Positions 19,501 to 30,019 of a stretch of 64,000 nucleotides of DNA are shown in pieces (positions within the stretch are counted from its first letter, which is position 1; each line of letters opens with the position of its first letter). Both the position numbers and the translations under genes were made by a program. Below the pieces are notes generated by a model. It was given only the letters and a program-made list of their open reading frames with translations, searched no databases and was not told where the DNA came from. This DNA is from a virus, in IMG/VR virus record IMGVR_UViG_3300023184_003849, positions 1 to 64,000 of that record. The stretch is one strand, 5' to 3'.

Positions 19501-21443
19501 TGACTAAAAGAACAATAAGTTTTGTACAGCCTAACTTTCAACAAGGCCCTAAAGAGTTCAATGCTTACTACCTGCCATATTCAGCAGGAGTCATACTAAG
19601 TTATGCCTTGAGTTTTGAACACATAAGAGCGGCCTGGGAGATAGATCAACTGATTTGGCGCAGAGAAGACATTGAAGAACTTGCACCCCGATTGGCCAAG
19701 AATGATATAGTAGCATTCAGCACCTATGTTTGGAACCACAGATACAACTACAAACTGGCTCAACGCATCAAAGAAATCAATCCTGCTGTGAAGATTATAT
19801 TTGGTGGTCCTGAACCAGCCATTGAAGACCCTCAACTGTTTGAAAAAGAACCTTTCATGGATTTGGTCAGCAAGATGGAAGGTGAAATCACTTTCAAACG
19901 TATACTTGAAGATTTTGATACGGATTTCACTCACATACCCGGCCTGCTGATCAACACTCCTGCTGGCCTAGTCAACACTGGAGATTGTGCCCGAATTGAC
20001 GATCTAGATCAAATTCCCAGTCCTTATCTCACAGGCATATTTGATCAAATCATAGAAGAAAATCCTGATGTGATCTGGAATGCTACACTAGAAACCAATC
20101 GTGGTTGTCCTTATCAGTGTACCTTCTGCGACTGGGGCAGTTTAACCTATAACAAGGTCAAGAAGTTTGAACTCACAAGAGTGTTTCACGAAATGGACTG
20201 GATTGGGGCCAACTGCGGCTTTGTCACTATCACCGATGCCAACTTTGGTATGTTTGTAGAACGTGACAACATGATTGTGGACAAGTTAATTGAAGTGCAG
20301 AAACGCTGGGGCCGCCTGTCATCGTTTTCAATGACCTGGGCCAAGAATCAAAAAAACGAAGTTGTGGACATTGTGAAGAAATTGATCCGAGAAAGTCCCA
20401 ACTTTGGTCAAGGTCTTACTGTTAGTGTGCAATCAATGGATCACGACGTATTGGAAAATATCAAACGTAGAAATCTAGACCAGCACAAGATTGACGAAAT
20501 CTTTGCCTTGTGTGATCGCAACAACATTCCTGTGTATACTGAACTAATATTGGGCTTGCCCGGGGAAACAGTTGAGTCTTGGAAATCAGCATTTTGGAAA
20601 ATCTTCCGTGCCGGCAATCACACAGGCATCAACATTCTACAGGCACAGTTGCTGGAAAATGCCGAAATGAATCTGCTACAAAAACGCATGTGGAAGATAG
20701 AAAGTGTGCCAGTATACGATTACATGGCAGGCAGTTATGGCGATGCTGATCTCAATGAGTGCGTGGATGTGGTTGTGAGTACCAAGGATATTCCCCGTGA
20801 AGAAATGCTGGACACCTTGGTTTGGAATAGTTTTATTCAAACATTCCATATCAATGGATTGACCACATACATTGCTAGATACCTAGACAAAGCACATGGC
20901 ATTGAATACAGCAAGTTCTATGATGATCTCTATCAATGGGTGCAACAAGATGACTGGTTCCGCAAACAGTTTGCTGAAACACGCGACTATTTTGCCAACT
21001 GGACTCGTCACGGATCTATCAACCATCCACCTATTGGAAACATCCAAGTGTTTGGTTGGAACCTAGTACATCGTACCACATTGTATATGCAACAACAAGA
21101 TCAAGTGGCCTATGTGTTTGACAGTGTTGACAGATTCGTAAAAAGCCATTATAATATCAACAAGGACATACTAGATCAACTCATGCGGTTTCAACGAAAC
21201 TACGTGATTGATTATCGTGATCTTAAATCTTTGCCGATCAAACAAGAATTTGATTATGATTTTCTTGGTTATATCTTGGACAATGAACCAATCAAACAAA
21301 CATGTACATACATGTTTGATACTCCAGAAGATCAAGACATGAGTATGGATCGTTTTCTTGAAAACATGTATTTTGCTAGAAAGAGAAACTTTGGAAAAAC
21401 AAATATCACCCGAGATCGCTTCCACAACGTCGAACTTGCCTGA
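19497..21443 (+). CDS. Cobalamin-binding radical SAM protein
   Basis: FSTYVWN, IFGGPE, GEGE-like, ETNRGCPYQCTFC, DANFG, GLPGET. Confidence 0.9.
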   Translation: MMTKRTISFVQPNFQQGPKEFNAYYLPYSAGVILSYALSFEHIRAAWEIDQLIWRREDIEELAPRLAKNDIVAFSTYVWNHRYNYKLAQRIKEINPAVKIIFGGPEPAIEDPQLFEKEPFMDLVSKMEGEITFKRILEDFDTDFTHIPGLLINTPAGLVNTGDCARIDDLDQIPSPYLTGIFDQIIEENPDVIWNATLETNRGCPYQCTFCDWGSLTYNKVKKFELTRVFHEMDWIGANCGFVTITDANFGMFVERDNMIVDKLIEVQKRWGRLSSFSMTWAKNQKNEVVDIVKKLIRESPNFGQGLTVSVQSMDHDVLENIKRRNLDQHKIDEIFALCDRNNIPVYTELILGLPGETVESWKSAFWKIFRAGNHTGINILQAQLLENAEMNLLQKRMWKIESVPVYDYMAGSYGDADLNECVDVVVSTKDIPREEMLDTLVWNSFIQTFHINGLTTYIARYLDKAHGIEYSKFYDDLYQWVQQDDWFRKQFAETRDYFANWTRHGSINHPPIGNIQVFGWNLVHRTTLYMQQQDQVAYVFDSVDRFVKSHYNINKDILDQLMRFQRNYVIDYRDLKSLPIKQEFDYDFLGYILDNEPIKQTCTYMFDTPEDQDMSMDRFLENMYFARKRNFGKTNITRDRFHNVELA

Positions 21444-22275
21444 ACGCGACCCTACAGTAGATATCAGTATCTTGTTGCCTGTGCGTGGCAGGCCGGAACC
21501 CATGGAAAAGTGTTTGCACACACTGATTGATCGAGCAAAAAATCCCGAGCGCATTGAAGTGTTGATTGCATTTGATGACGATGACACAGACACCGTCAAC
21601 TACTTTGTTGAAAATATTTCGCCTTATCTTGATGACATGGATGTGCGTTATAGTGCAATGCAGTTTCAACGTCTGGGATATATCAGGCTCAATGAGTATC
21701 TTAACGAATTGGCCAGACACAGTGTTGGTGCTTGGATGTTTTTTTGGAATGACGATGCTGTGATGACCACACTAGACTGGGATAAAGCAATAATGCATCA
21801 CGATGGTGAGTTTGCACTGCTACGTGCAGAAACCAATCATGAACATCCTTATGCAATTTTTCCCATTGTTCCACGAAAGTGGGTAGAAATTACCGGACAC
21901 CTAAGTCCACATCAAATAAATGATGCCTGGGTAAGTCAAGTGGCATGGATGTTGGATATTGTTAAAAATATTCCTGTAATGATTGATCATGAGCGTTATG
22001 ATCTTACAGGTCTAAATGGTGATGATGTTTACAAAAATCGTCCCATGTTGGAAGGCAATCCTAAAAACCCTCGAGACTTCAACCATATAACATGGCGAAA
22101 GGCCAGAATTGATGAGTGCATGAAATTGGCACAGCATCTGTTTGCGATAGGTCATGACATGCGTCACTTTAAATGGGGTGTTGAAGGCAAGGACGATGCC
22201 GGAAACGATTACGACATCTGGTGCAAAATGAATCTTGCCGATCCTCACAAACGCTTGAAACAATGGAAAGACTGA
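21436..22275 (+). CDS. GT-A (GT2-like) glycosyltransferase
   Basis: ISILLPVRGR, FDDDD, FWNDD; start uncertain (ORF open from 21358). Confidence 0.75.
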   Translation: MPERDPTVDISILLPVRGRPEPMEKCLHTLIDRAKNPERIEVLIAFDDDDTDTVNYFVENISPYLDDMDVRYSAMQFQRLGYIRLNEYLNELARHSVGAWMFFWNDDAVMTTLDWDKAIMHHDGEFALLRAETNHEHPYAIFPIVPRKWVEITGHLSPHQINDAWVSQVAWMLDIVKNIPVMIDHERYDLTGLNGDDVYKNRPMLEGNPKNPRDFNHITWRKARIDECMKLAQHLFAIGHDMRHFKWGVEGKDDAGNDYDIWCKMNLADPHKRLKQWKD

Positions 22276-22276
22276 C

Positions 22277-23059
22277 GTGAACAATGATCAACTGATCGAT
22301 AGGATCAAAAACTACTGGAATACACAACCATGTAATGTTAAACACAGCCTCAGTGAACCAGGAACAGAACAATATTGGAATGAAATTTCAGAGCGCAGAT
22401 ATTTTGTGGAACCACACTTGCGTGATCTGGCTGGTTTTCATCAGTGGCGAGGTCGTCGTGTGTTGGAAGTTGGTTCGGGCATTGGATCAGATGCTGTGGA
22501 ATTTGTGCGTCATGGTGCTGAATATGTAGGCATTGATTTGTCAGCCGAATCAGTGGCCATGAGCCGTCAACGTTTTGACCTGTTTGATTTACAAGGTAAG
22601 TTTCATGTGATGGATGCCGCTGATACCACGAGCATGGCTGAATTAGGACAGTTTGATCTTGTTTACTCATGTGGCGTACTACATCACTATCCAGATATGA
22701 CCAAGTGTCTTGACAACATTCACAACGCATTAGAACCCGATGGCGAGTTCAGAATGCTAGTATACGCAAAGAACTCCTGGAAGTATGCTATGATTCGAAA
22801 AGGTCTGGATCAGTTTGAAGCACAAGCCGGATGTCCTTATGCTCAGGCCTATTCAAATCAAGACATATACGATCTCTTGAATGGCAAATTTGAGGTCCTA
22901 AGGATTAGACAAGCACATTGTTTCATGTATAATGTACCCAAGTACCGTCAAGGTATCTACGAACTTGAACCTTGGTTTGCAGCCATGCCAGAAGAAATGC
23001 GCGAGGCTGTAAAAGAATACCTAGGTTGGCATCTACTAGTCAAAGCAAAAAAAATATGA
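22277..23059 (+). CDS. Class I SAM-dependent methyltransferase
   Basis: VLEVGSGIG, GIDLS, FDLVYSCGVLHH. Confidence 0.9.
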   Translation: MNNDQLIDRIKNYWNTQPCNVKHSLSEPGTEQYWNEISERRYFVEPHLRDLAGFHQWRGRRVLEVGSGIGSDAVEFVRHGAEYVGIDLSAESVAMSRQRFDLFDLQGKFHVMDAADTTSMAELGQFDLVYSCGVLHHYPDMTKCLDNIHNALEPDGEFRMLVYAKNSWKYAMIRKGLDQFEAQAGCPYAQAYSNQDIYDLLNGKFEVLRIRQAHCFMYNVPKYRQGIYELEPWFAAMPEEMREAVKEYLGWHLLVKAKKI

Positions 23060-23904
23060 GTAAACTCAAAATAGCAGAATTATTTTACAGCATCCAAGGA
23101 GAGGGTAGGTACATGGGTGTGCCCAGTGTGTTCTTGCGTACATTTGGCTGTAACTTCACTTGTGGCGGTTTTGGTATGCCACGTGGTGAGATGAGTACCG
23201 AACGCGATGCCATTGCAGAACGCATGATTGAGTTCAAAGACTACAACGAACTACCACTGGTATCCACAGGCTGTGACAGTTACGCATCATGGGATCCGCG
23301 ATTCAAAGATCTCAGTCCTGTACTAGAAAGCAATGCTATTGTGCATCGCATCATGGAAATCTTGCCCCACCGTCGCTGGGAAGATGAACATCTAGTGATC
23401 ACCGGAGGCGAACCATTGCTGGGTTGGCAACGTGCGTACCCTGACTTGCTTGATCACCCCAGCATGGAAAGACTGCAAGAAATCACGTTTGAAACCAACG
23501 GCACTCAAGAACTCAGTTTAGACTTTAAAAGTTATCTAAACAAATGGATAGAACAAGATCTGCGTAGAGAAATCACATTCTCAGTCAGTGCCAAACTTCC
23601 TGGGTCAGGCGAGCGTTGGGAAGAGGCCATACGTCCAGAAATAGTATGTGATTATCAGAACGTTGGTTATACCTATTTGAAACTGGTGGTAGCAACAGCA
23701 CAGGATCTAGCAGATGCAGAACAAGCAGTATTGGAATATCGCACAGCAGGTTTTACGGGTCCTGTGTACGTCATGCCTGTTGGTGGCGTTGAGCGGGTGT
23801 ATACCCTTAACAATCGTGCAGTGGCAGAAATGGCAATGCGAAAAGGCTGGCGGTACAGTGATCGACTACAAGTGCCACTCTTTAAAAACGAGTGGGGAAC
23901 TTGA
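23056..23904 (+). CDS. queE: 7-carboxy-7-deazaguanine synthase
   Basis: ELFYSIQGEG, FLRTFGCNFTC...CDS, TGGEP, ETNG. Confidence 0.92.
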   Translation: MSKLKIAELFYSIQGEGRYMGVPSVFLRTFGCNFTCGGFGMPRGEMSTERDAIAERMIEFKDYNELPLVSTGCDSYASWDPRFKDLSPVLESNAIVHRIMEILPHRRWEDEHLVITGGEPLLGWQRAYPDLLDHPSMERLQEITFETNGTQELSLDFKSYLNKWIEQDLRREITFSVSAKLPGSGERWEEAIRPEIVCDYQNVGYTYLKLVVATAQDLADAEQAVLEYRTAGFTGPVYVMPVGGVERVYTLNNRAVAEMAMRKGWRYSDRLQVPLFKNEWGT

Positions 23905-24074
23905 TGGAGACAAAACAAAGGACAGTAGTACGAACAATTAGTTATAGAATAGTCGCATTATTGATTACTGCAATTTGGACTGGTCTAAGTGATGCTGTTC
24001 TTATTCACGTTATCTTAACAGGTGTTCATTACATTATGGAACGTATTTGGCTTGAAATTAATTGGGGAACCTAA
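23904..24074 (+). CDS. DUF2061-like small membrane protein
   Basis: RTVVRTISYR...ERIW..INWG. Confidence 0.65.
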   Translation: METKQRTVVRTISYRIVALLITAIWTGLSDAVLIHVILTGVHYIMERIWLEINWGT

Positions 24075-24077
24075 TTA

Positions 24078-24971
24078 GTGGCGCTGTTTACTTTTGGTTG
24101 TAGTTTCACAAGATACAGTTGGCCAACTTGGGCAGACATTGTTGGCAGAGAATTTGAAGTTCATGAAAATTGGGGGCAAGTAGGCGGAGGGAATCAATTT
24201 ATTTTTAATTCATTGATAGAGTGCATAGTTAAAAACAAAATTACCAAAGATGACACTGTTATTATTATGTGGACCAATATTTCTAGAGAAGATAGATACA
24301 TAAAAAATAAATGGGTGTTGCCTGGTAATATTTTTACTCAGAGTACTTACAGTCAAGATTTTGTAAAAGAGTTCGCCGACATTAGAGGTTATTTTATTCG
24401 AGATTTGAATACCATATTTGCTACCGAAAATATTTTAGAGAATCTGGGTTGCAAATTTTATTTTTTGTCCATGGTTCCAATATCTAATGCCTATCAATAC
24501 CACCGTGAAGATAATAACACTTCGATCCAAGATTTGTACGACTCTTTTAAATTTGTTTTGGATTCAATAAGATCCAGTATATACGAAGTAGTGTTTAATT
24601 TTGACTGGACCAGTAGACCTTTTACTGTTGATAACAAAATTACCGAACGGGGACTCCATTACAATAAAATTAGAGCACCAAATTGGCCCATTTGGGACGA
24701 TCAAGATGAAACAACTTTCATTGCCAATTTATCAGATGAAATAAAAAGAGAGTGTTTTGAGATTTTTCAATTAGATTTTTATCACAACAATAAACCTATT
24801 TTTAAAAGAATAGATATGCACCCAACTCCGCTTGAACACTTAGAATACATATCAAAAGTGTTGCCCGAAATAAAGATATCTCAGGCAACAGCAGATTGGG
24901 CATTATCAATGGACACCGATGTAAAACTAGACCGGTGTAATTGGAATTCACAATCCCCCTCAAGATGGTAA
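24078..24971 (+). CDS. SGNH-like hypothetical protein
   Basis: FGCSFT..WPTW; DMHPTP; paralog of 29024. Confidence 0.65.
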   Translation: MALFTFGCSFTRYSWPTWADIVGREFEVHENWGQVGGGNQFIFNSLIECIVKNKITKDDTVIIMWTNISREDRYIKNKWVLPGNIFTQSTYSQDFVKEFADIRGYFIRDLNTIFATENILENLGCKFYFLSMVPISNAYQYHREDNNTSIQDLYDSFKFVLDSIRSSIYEVVFNFDWTSRPFTVDNKITERGLHYNKIRAPNWPIWDDQDETTFIANLSDEIKRECFEIFQLDFYHNNKPIFKRIDMHPTPLEHLEYISKVLPEIKISQATADWALSMDTDVKLDRCNWNSQSPSRW

Positions 24972-24980
24972 GCAACAATT

Positions 24981-25403
24981 ATGAATATAGTCAAGAATTG
25001 GTTAAACAGAGTCAAAAAGAAAAAAAATACACAAAAACAAGACTCTGAAAATAGGATCAAAGACTCAAATAAGTCTAGTGCTGATCCTGTCAAAACAGAA
25101 AAACAACTGGCTACCGAACGTGGAGAACCTTGGGTTGCCATTCTCAGTATGGACATTGATCCCAACAACCTGCATCAAGGTGCATTTGAACTAGACTGGA
25201 ACGACAAGTTCATATTCAATCTTATTCGTGCAGGATACCAACTCAAAAAAGAAGATACCGATGCAGAGATTGTGGATCGCTGGTTCCAAAACGTGTGCCG
25301 TCATGTTGTGATGGAAACATATGAGCAAGAAGAAGCAATGAAGAAGTCAGGCATTTATGTTCGATCAACAGATCTTGGTGACGGGCGCACAGAGGTCTCG
25401 TGA
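24981..25403 (+). CDS. Hypothetical protein
   Basis: ORF with GEPW..FELDWN motif. Confidence 0.7.
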   Translation: MNIVKNWLNRVKKKKNTQKQDSENRIKDSNKSSADPVKTEKQLATERGEPWVAILSMDIDPNNLHQGAFELDWNDKFIFNLIRAGYQLKKEDTDAEIVDRWFQNVCRHVVMETYEQEEAMKKSGIYVRSTDLGDGRTEVS

Positions 25404-26101
25404 TACTGTACGTCAATGGAGACAGTCATACTGCCGCTGCCGAAGCAGTAAACCCTTATGCTTTTGCCGAGGATGATGGCTTGTATTATGGACTGGGTCG
25501 TAGACCGCATCCTGATAATGAGCGTGTGAGTTGGGGTTGCGAACTGGCCAATCATCTCCGAGCCATCTTGTGTTGTGATGCAGAAAGTGCTTCCAGCAAT
25601 GCCCGTATCATGCGCACTACACGAGCATGGTTACAACAGCAAAACAGTTTTGAAGACACTCTAGTGATTATACAATGGTCAACTTGGGAACGACAAGAGT
25701 GGTTGCATGAAAACATCTGGTATCAAGTAAACGCATCAGGTATAGATCATGTGCCTGACGCATTACAAGATCGATATCGAAGATTCATTGCTGACGTTGA
25801 CTGGGCCGAGGCTAGACAACATGCACACAGCGAAATATGGCAGTTTCATAGAGAACTACACCTTAATGGTGTTCGTCATATATTCTTCAATGGTAACTCA
25901 GATTTCTCAGGTGTACCAAACCGCCACGATTGGGGGGTAAACTACATGGCACCTTATGATCCGGAAAATACTTATAACAAAGTATTAAGAAATAGCGGTT
26001 TTGCTACGGTACGCCCAGATTCCTGGCATTTTGGTGAGGCGGCCCATTGCTTTTGGGCAGAACATGTGTTAAACTACATCAAACTCAACAACTTGGTTTG
26101 A
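25400..26101 (+). CDS. SGNH-like hydrolase
   Basis: VNGDSH; C-terminal WHFGEAAH. Confidence 0.65.
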   Translation: MILYVNGDSHTAAAEAVNPYAFAEDDGLYYGLGRRPHPDNERVSWGCELANHLRAILCCDAESASSNARIMRTTRAWLQQQNSFEDTLVIIQWSTWERQEWLHENIWYQVNASGIDHVPDALQDRYRRFIADVDWAEARQHAHSEIWQFHRELHLNGVRHIFFNGNSDFSGVPNRHDWGVNYMAPYDPENTYNKVLRNSGFATVRPDSWHFGEAAHCFWAEHVLNYIKLNNLV

Positions 26102-26103
26102 AC

Positions 26104-27108
26104 ATGCGATACTTACTGATTGACACTGCTAACACATTTTTTCGTGCCCGCCATTCGGCTTTTAGGGCCGCAGATCCTTGGGAAAAGGTAGGCTATGCTC
26201 TACACATTGTGATGAGCAGTATCAACAAGGTGCATCGCAAATTCTCTGCAGATCATGTGGTATTCGCACTAGAGGGTCGCTCGTGGCGCAAGGATTTCTA
26301 CGAGCCCTACAAGAAAAATCGCGCTGTGGCCCGTGCAGCCTTGACAGAAACTGAACGAGAAGAAGATCAGTTGTTCTGGGAAACGTTTGATAGCCTGACT
26401 AAATATCTAAGTGACAACACAAACTGTAGCGTGATTCGCCACCCAGAGGCTGAAGCAGATGATGTGATTGCTCGCTGGATTGCATTGCATCCTGAGGATG
26501 AACACTACATCATCAGTTCAGACACAGATTTCATACAATTGCTTGCTCCCAATGTCAGTCAATACAATGGTATAACTGACGAACTTCACACCTTGGAAGG
26601 AATCTTCGATGCCAAAGGTCGACAGGTCATTGATAAAAAAACTAAACAGCCAAAAACGGTGCCGGATCCAGCCTGGCTGTTATTTGAGAAGTGTATGCGT
26701 GGGGACGCCTCCGACAATGTTTTTAGTGCGTATCCGGGAGTACGTGAGAAAGGCACAAAGAATAAAGTTGGTCTCCGTGAAGCCTACGCGGATCGCAATG
26801 ATAAAGGCTATGCGTGGAACAATCTAATGTTGCAACGTTGGTCCGACCACAATGGTCAAGAACATCGTGTGAAAGACGACTACGAACGCAACTGTACCTT
26901 GGTGGATCTCACAGCACAACCTGCAGAGATCAAACTTAAAGTAGACACAGCCATTCTGGAACAGATTTCGCACAAGGACGTGGGACAGGTTGGAGTCAGA
27001 TTTATGAAATTTTGTGGTAAGTACGAGTTGAACAAACTTTCAGAGTCAGCCGAACAGTATGCTCGCTGGCTCAACGAAACATACAAAGGACACCTAGATG
27101 ACCAGTGA
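26104..27108 (+). CDS. RNase H / 5'-3' exonuclease (T4 rnh-like)
   Basis: LIDTAN, YKKNR, EADD, SSDTD, GDASDN. Confidence 0.9.
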   Translation: MRYLLIDTANTFFRARHSAFRAADPWEKVGYALHIVMSSINKVHRKFSADHVVFALEGRSWRKDFYEPYKKNRAVARAALTETEREEDQLFWETFDSLTKYLSDNTNCSVIRHPEAEADDVIARWIALHPEDEHYIISSDTDFIQLLAPNVSQYNGITDELHTLEGIFDAKGRQVIDKKTKQPKTVPDPAWLLFEKCMRGDASDNVFSAYPGVREKGTKNKVGLREAYADRNDKGYAWNNLMLQRWSDHNGQEHRVKDDYERNCTLVDLTAQPAEIKLKVDTAILEQISHKDVGQVGVRFMKFCGKYELNKLSESAEQYARWLNETYKGHLDDQ

Positions 27109-28195
27109 ATTTCCTGCTTATCATGAATTGGATATTACAAAATATCAATTAATTGCTGGAGTTTACACGTTGGGGCTGATAGATAAACATCGTCCAGATA
27201 TTGAAATAATTCATCCAGAAATGTGGCCACCACCGGAGGTCTATAATCTGGATTATTCATGGCTAGATAAAAAAATTGTGTCTGCGCTAGATCGTGGGAA
27301 AACAGTGTGTTTGTTTATATGGGACGAGGATATTTCATTTATTTCATCCTTTATTGAGTGTGTTGTAAAATATCAATCTGACCCTGTGTATGTGATAACT
27401 CAACTGGATGATTTTTGCATGCTTAGATATCGAGATCAAGGCATTCAAAATATAATTGAAATTCCATGGTGGTTACTCAATGATTGTTTGTGTTACTACC
27501 AGGTGTGCAACAAAAATTTGTTGATTGATAAATTTGATCCTGACTATAATTTTTTATGCATGATCGGTCGAAGTCAATATCACAAAATCGAACTGATAAA
27601 AGAACTAGGCTACGCCGGACTGCACCAATTTGGACGCATTACTGTTATGAGTTCAATGATAGATGCAGATATTCAAAATTTTTGTCAACCCTCTGATTTA
27701 CCTCCTTGGCCTAACATAAATCATCCGCTTGGAAAGACCAGAGCCAATTCTATAATAGGTGGTATACATGTGTCTGGATGTGTTGAAAATTTTTTACAGA
27801 TAGAAAAACATTTAAGTCATATTCCATTGATTATTAATCCAGAATCAAGTTGCGGAACTTTTCTCACTACTGAAAAAAGTCTTTGGCCGTTGCTGTTGGG
27901 TAGATTGTGTTTGATCTCAGGACGATGGAGAATAATGCGTTACATACAAAGATTCTATGACATTGATTTTTCTTCCTATATCAATTTAGAATTTGACGAA
28001 ATACATGGGTGGACTGATGACTATCATCAAAATCGCGTTCATACAATGATTTCTCACAACAAAGATCTAGTTAAAGATAGCAAAGACATTTACAAAACCC
28101 TACAATATGATCTAGAGCAAGCAAGATGGACCATTGGAAAAAACATGTATGAATTTTTTGTGCAACAACTGTTTAAGATTCCAAAAATAAATTAA
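27098..28195 (+). CDS. Hypothetical protein of the 'TEK..P' family
   Basis: PES...TTEKSLWP; AT-rich. Confidence 0.6.
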   Translation: MTSEFPAYHELDITKYQLIAGVYTLGLIDKHRPDIEIIHPEMWPPPEVYNLDYSWLDKKIVSALDRGKTVCLFIWDEDISFISSFIECVVKYQSDPVYVITQLDDFCMLRYRDQGIQNIIEIPWWLLNDCLCYYQVCNKNLLIDKFDPDYNFLCMIGRSQYHKIELIKELGYAGLHQFGRITVMSSMIDADIQNFCQPSDLPPWPNINHPLGKTRANSIIGGIHVSGCVENFLQIEKHLSHIPLIINPESSCGTFLTTEKSLWPLLLGRLCLISGRWRIMRYIQRFYDIDFSSYINLEFDEIHGWTDDYHQNRVHTMISHNKDLVKDSKDIYKTLQYDLEQARWTIGKNMYEFFVQQLFKIPKIN

Positions 28196-28204
28196 AGGAC
28201 CAAG

Positions 28205-28663
28205 ATGAATATTATAGCAAAACCGGTAGTTGACAATCAGTTCTGGATCTTGAAACAGGACGATCGCAAGGTCGGCAACATAGAAGCCACCGATGATGGC
28301 TACGCTGTGAAAATTGACAACAAGGTCACCAGTTTCAAGACCATCAATATGATTCGGCAACGAGTGAACATTGAGTTTGAAGCCATTGGCAACCGGCCCA
28401 ACAAGGAGCCAGCCAGTTATCAAGTACAGGGCTATCCGTCAGGCAGTCGAGTATACAATCCTGTATGGGACGTACAGCAAGGACTGCCTTTGTTTACCAA
28501 GAAACGCAAATCAAAGTCATGGTTTGCGGCTGGCTGGTATCAAGTGCGCCAACGCAAGACCTGGTCAGTGACTCAGAGTCCCAAACTTATTACCTTGGAG
28601 CGTTATGCTTACCAAGGTCCGTTCCATACCGAAGACGAGGCACGCAATGAACCCCTTCCGTGA
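28205..28663 (+). CDS. Hypothetical phage protein
   Basis: AAAGGA SD; ORF. Confidence 0.75.
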   Translation: MNIIAKPVVDNQFWILKQDDRKVGNIEATDDGYAVKIDNKVTSFKTINMIRQRVNIEFEAIGNRPNKEPASYQVQGYPSGSRVYNPVWDVQQGLPLFTKKRKSKSWFAAGWYQVRQRKTWSVTQSPKLITLERYAYQGPFHTEDEARNEPLP

Positions 28664-29018
28664 TCAAGAAAAATTCATGCGGGCCTGTGATCAAACGGTC
28701 AACGGACCACCTGGTGCTCAGTTTGACATGTACTGCAATCTCATAGAAGAAGAACACAAAGAACTACTATCGGCATTGGCAGCCAACAACGATGTTGAGG
28801 CATTGGATGCCTTGATAGATATTCTTGTTGTCACAATTGGTGCCATACACTCAGCAGGCTTTGATGCCGAAGGCGCCTGGAAGGAAGTTATGAAAACTAA
28901 CTTTGCCAAAATCGATCGGGAAACAGGTAAAGTTCGTAAGCGTGAAGATGGTAAGGTGTTAAAGCCACTGGGTTGGGAACCACCTGATCTAAAACCTTTT
29001 TTGAGACGAGACACGTAG
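28647..29018 (+). CDS. MazG-like NTP pyrophosphohydrolase
   Basis: EEEHKE, DALID, REDGKVLKP. Confidence 0.85.
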   Translation: MNPFRDQEKFMRACDQTVNGPPGAQFDMYCNLIEEEHKELLSALAANNDVEALDALIDILVVTIGAIHSAGFDAEGAWKEVMKTNFAKIDRETGKVRKREDGKVLKPLGWEPPDLKPFLRRDT

Positions 29019-29023
29019 CAACT

Positions 29024-29761
29024 ATGAATATTCTAAGTAGTAGACTATTAACAAGCGGATGTAGTTTTACAGATTATTGTTGGCCAACTTGGAGCGATTA
29101 TCTCGGAGCCTGTTTTAATGTATATTTAAATTGCGGCCAAGCCGGTAGCGACAATGCTAATATTGCAAGAAGTATATTATCTAATTCAAAAACAGGAGAT
29201 ATTGTAGTAATTTTGTGGTCTGGTTGGAATCGTCATTTAATGTGGGACGTCGAAGGACACCCTGTTCAAAAAAACGATAAAAATCAATGGATATACAATT
29301 ATGAAAGATGGAATAAAAATTGGCTGGTAAATTTTTATAATCCTGAAGAGAGATTATTTTCTAGTATGGATTACATAAAGATGGTAGATTTAGATAGTCA
29401 GGCTAAAGGATATACCGCCTACCATTTTAGTGCATTCCCGTGGCAACTAGGCGAAATAGAAAAAAATATCTCTAAAGATTTTGATAAGATTTTTAGTCAA
29501 TATCATATACAAAATAACTTTCTATTAGACACCAGCCTTGAAGAATATCAAAAAATCTATAAATTTGATCAACCGGTTAGTAACAAATACAACCAAGGTG
29601 ACATGCATCCTACACCCTTATGTCAATATCAATATTTATTAAATGTTATTAAGCCTCGACTTGAATTTGACTTTGAATTAGACATTTACGAAGGTGTAAT
29701 TGTACACGAACAACTGGTCAGAGACGGAAACATAATTGATGATAAACGCATATTACGATAA
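29024..29761 (+). CDS. SGNH-like hypothetical protein
   Basis: SGCSFT..WPTW; DMHPTP; AT-rich. Confidence 0.65.
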   Translation: MNILSSRLLTSGCSFTDYCWPTWSDYLGACFNVYLNCGQAGSDNANIARSILSNSKTGDIVVILWSGWNRHLMWDVEGHPVQKNDKNQWIYNYERWNKNWLVNFYNPEERLFSSMDYIKMVDLDSQAKGYTAYHFSAFPWQLGEIEKNISKDFDKIFSQYHIQNNFLLDTSLEEYQKIYKFDQPVSNKYNQGDMHPTPLCQYQYLLNVIKPRLEFDFELDIYEGVIVHEQLVRDGNIIDDKRILR

Positions 29762-29766
29762 GATTT

Positions 29767-29976
29767 ATGAGTTTACACATAAACCGATTCATTGATAACA
29801 TCAAAGCACATGAAAGTCGCAACGCAAAGGACTTCATGTGCCCTATGCGAGATGCCAAAGATCTACATGCTGATATAACCAAATTGTTGTTGGTTGTTGC
29901 TGACTTGCAGTCACGACTTCAGGCTCTGCAACAAGAGTCGGTAATCACTGTGGAAGTGGCTGGACGAGACTTCTAA
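29767..29976 (+). CDS. Hypothetical protein
   Basis: ORF. Confidence 0.65.
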   Translation: MSLHINRFIDNIKAHESRNAKDFMCPMRDAKDLHADITKLLLVVADLQSRLQALQQESVITVEVAGRDF

Positions 29977-30019
29977 AACTACGTATATTTTGTGATAAAT
30001 AAATGTAGGAGTTTTATGA

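Noticed and set aside
23885-24074. WGT* ending shared by queE and the next ORF as a target-site duplication
   Set aside because: The match is only about 9 nt and a terminal WG is typical of DUF2061-like proteins.
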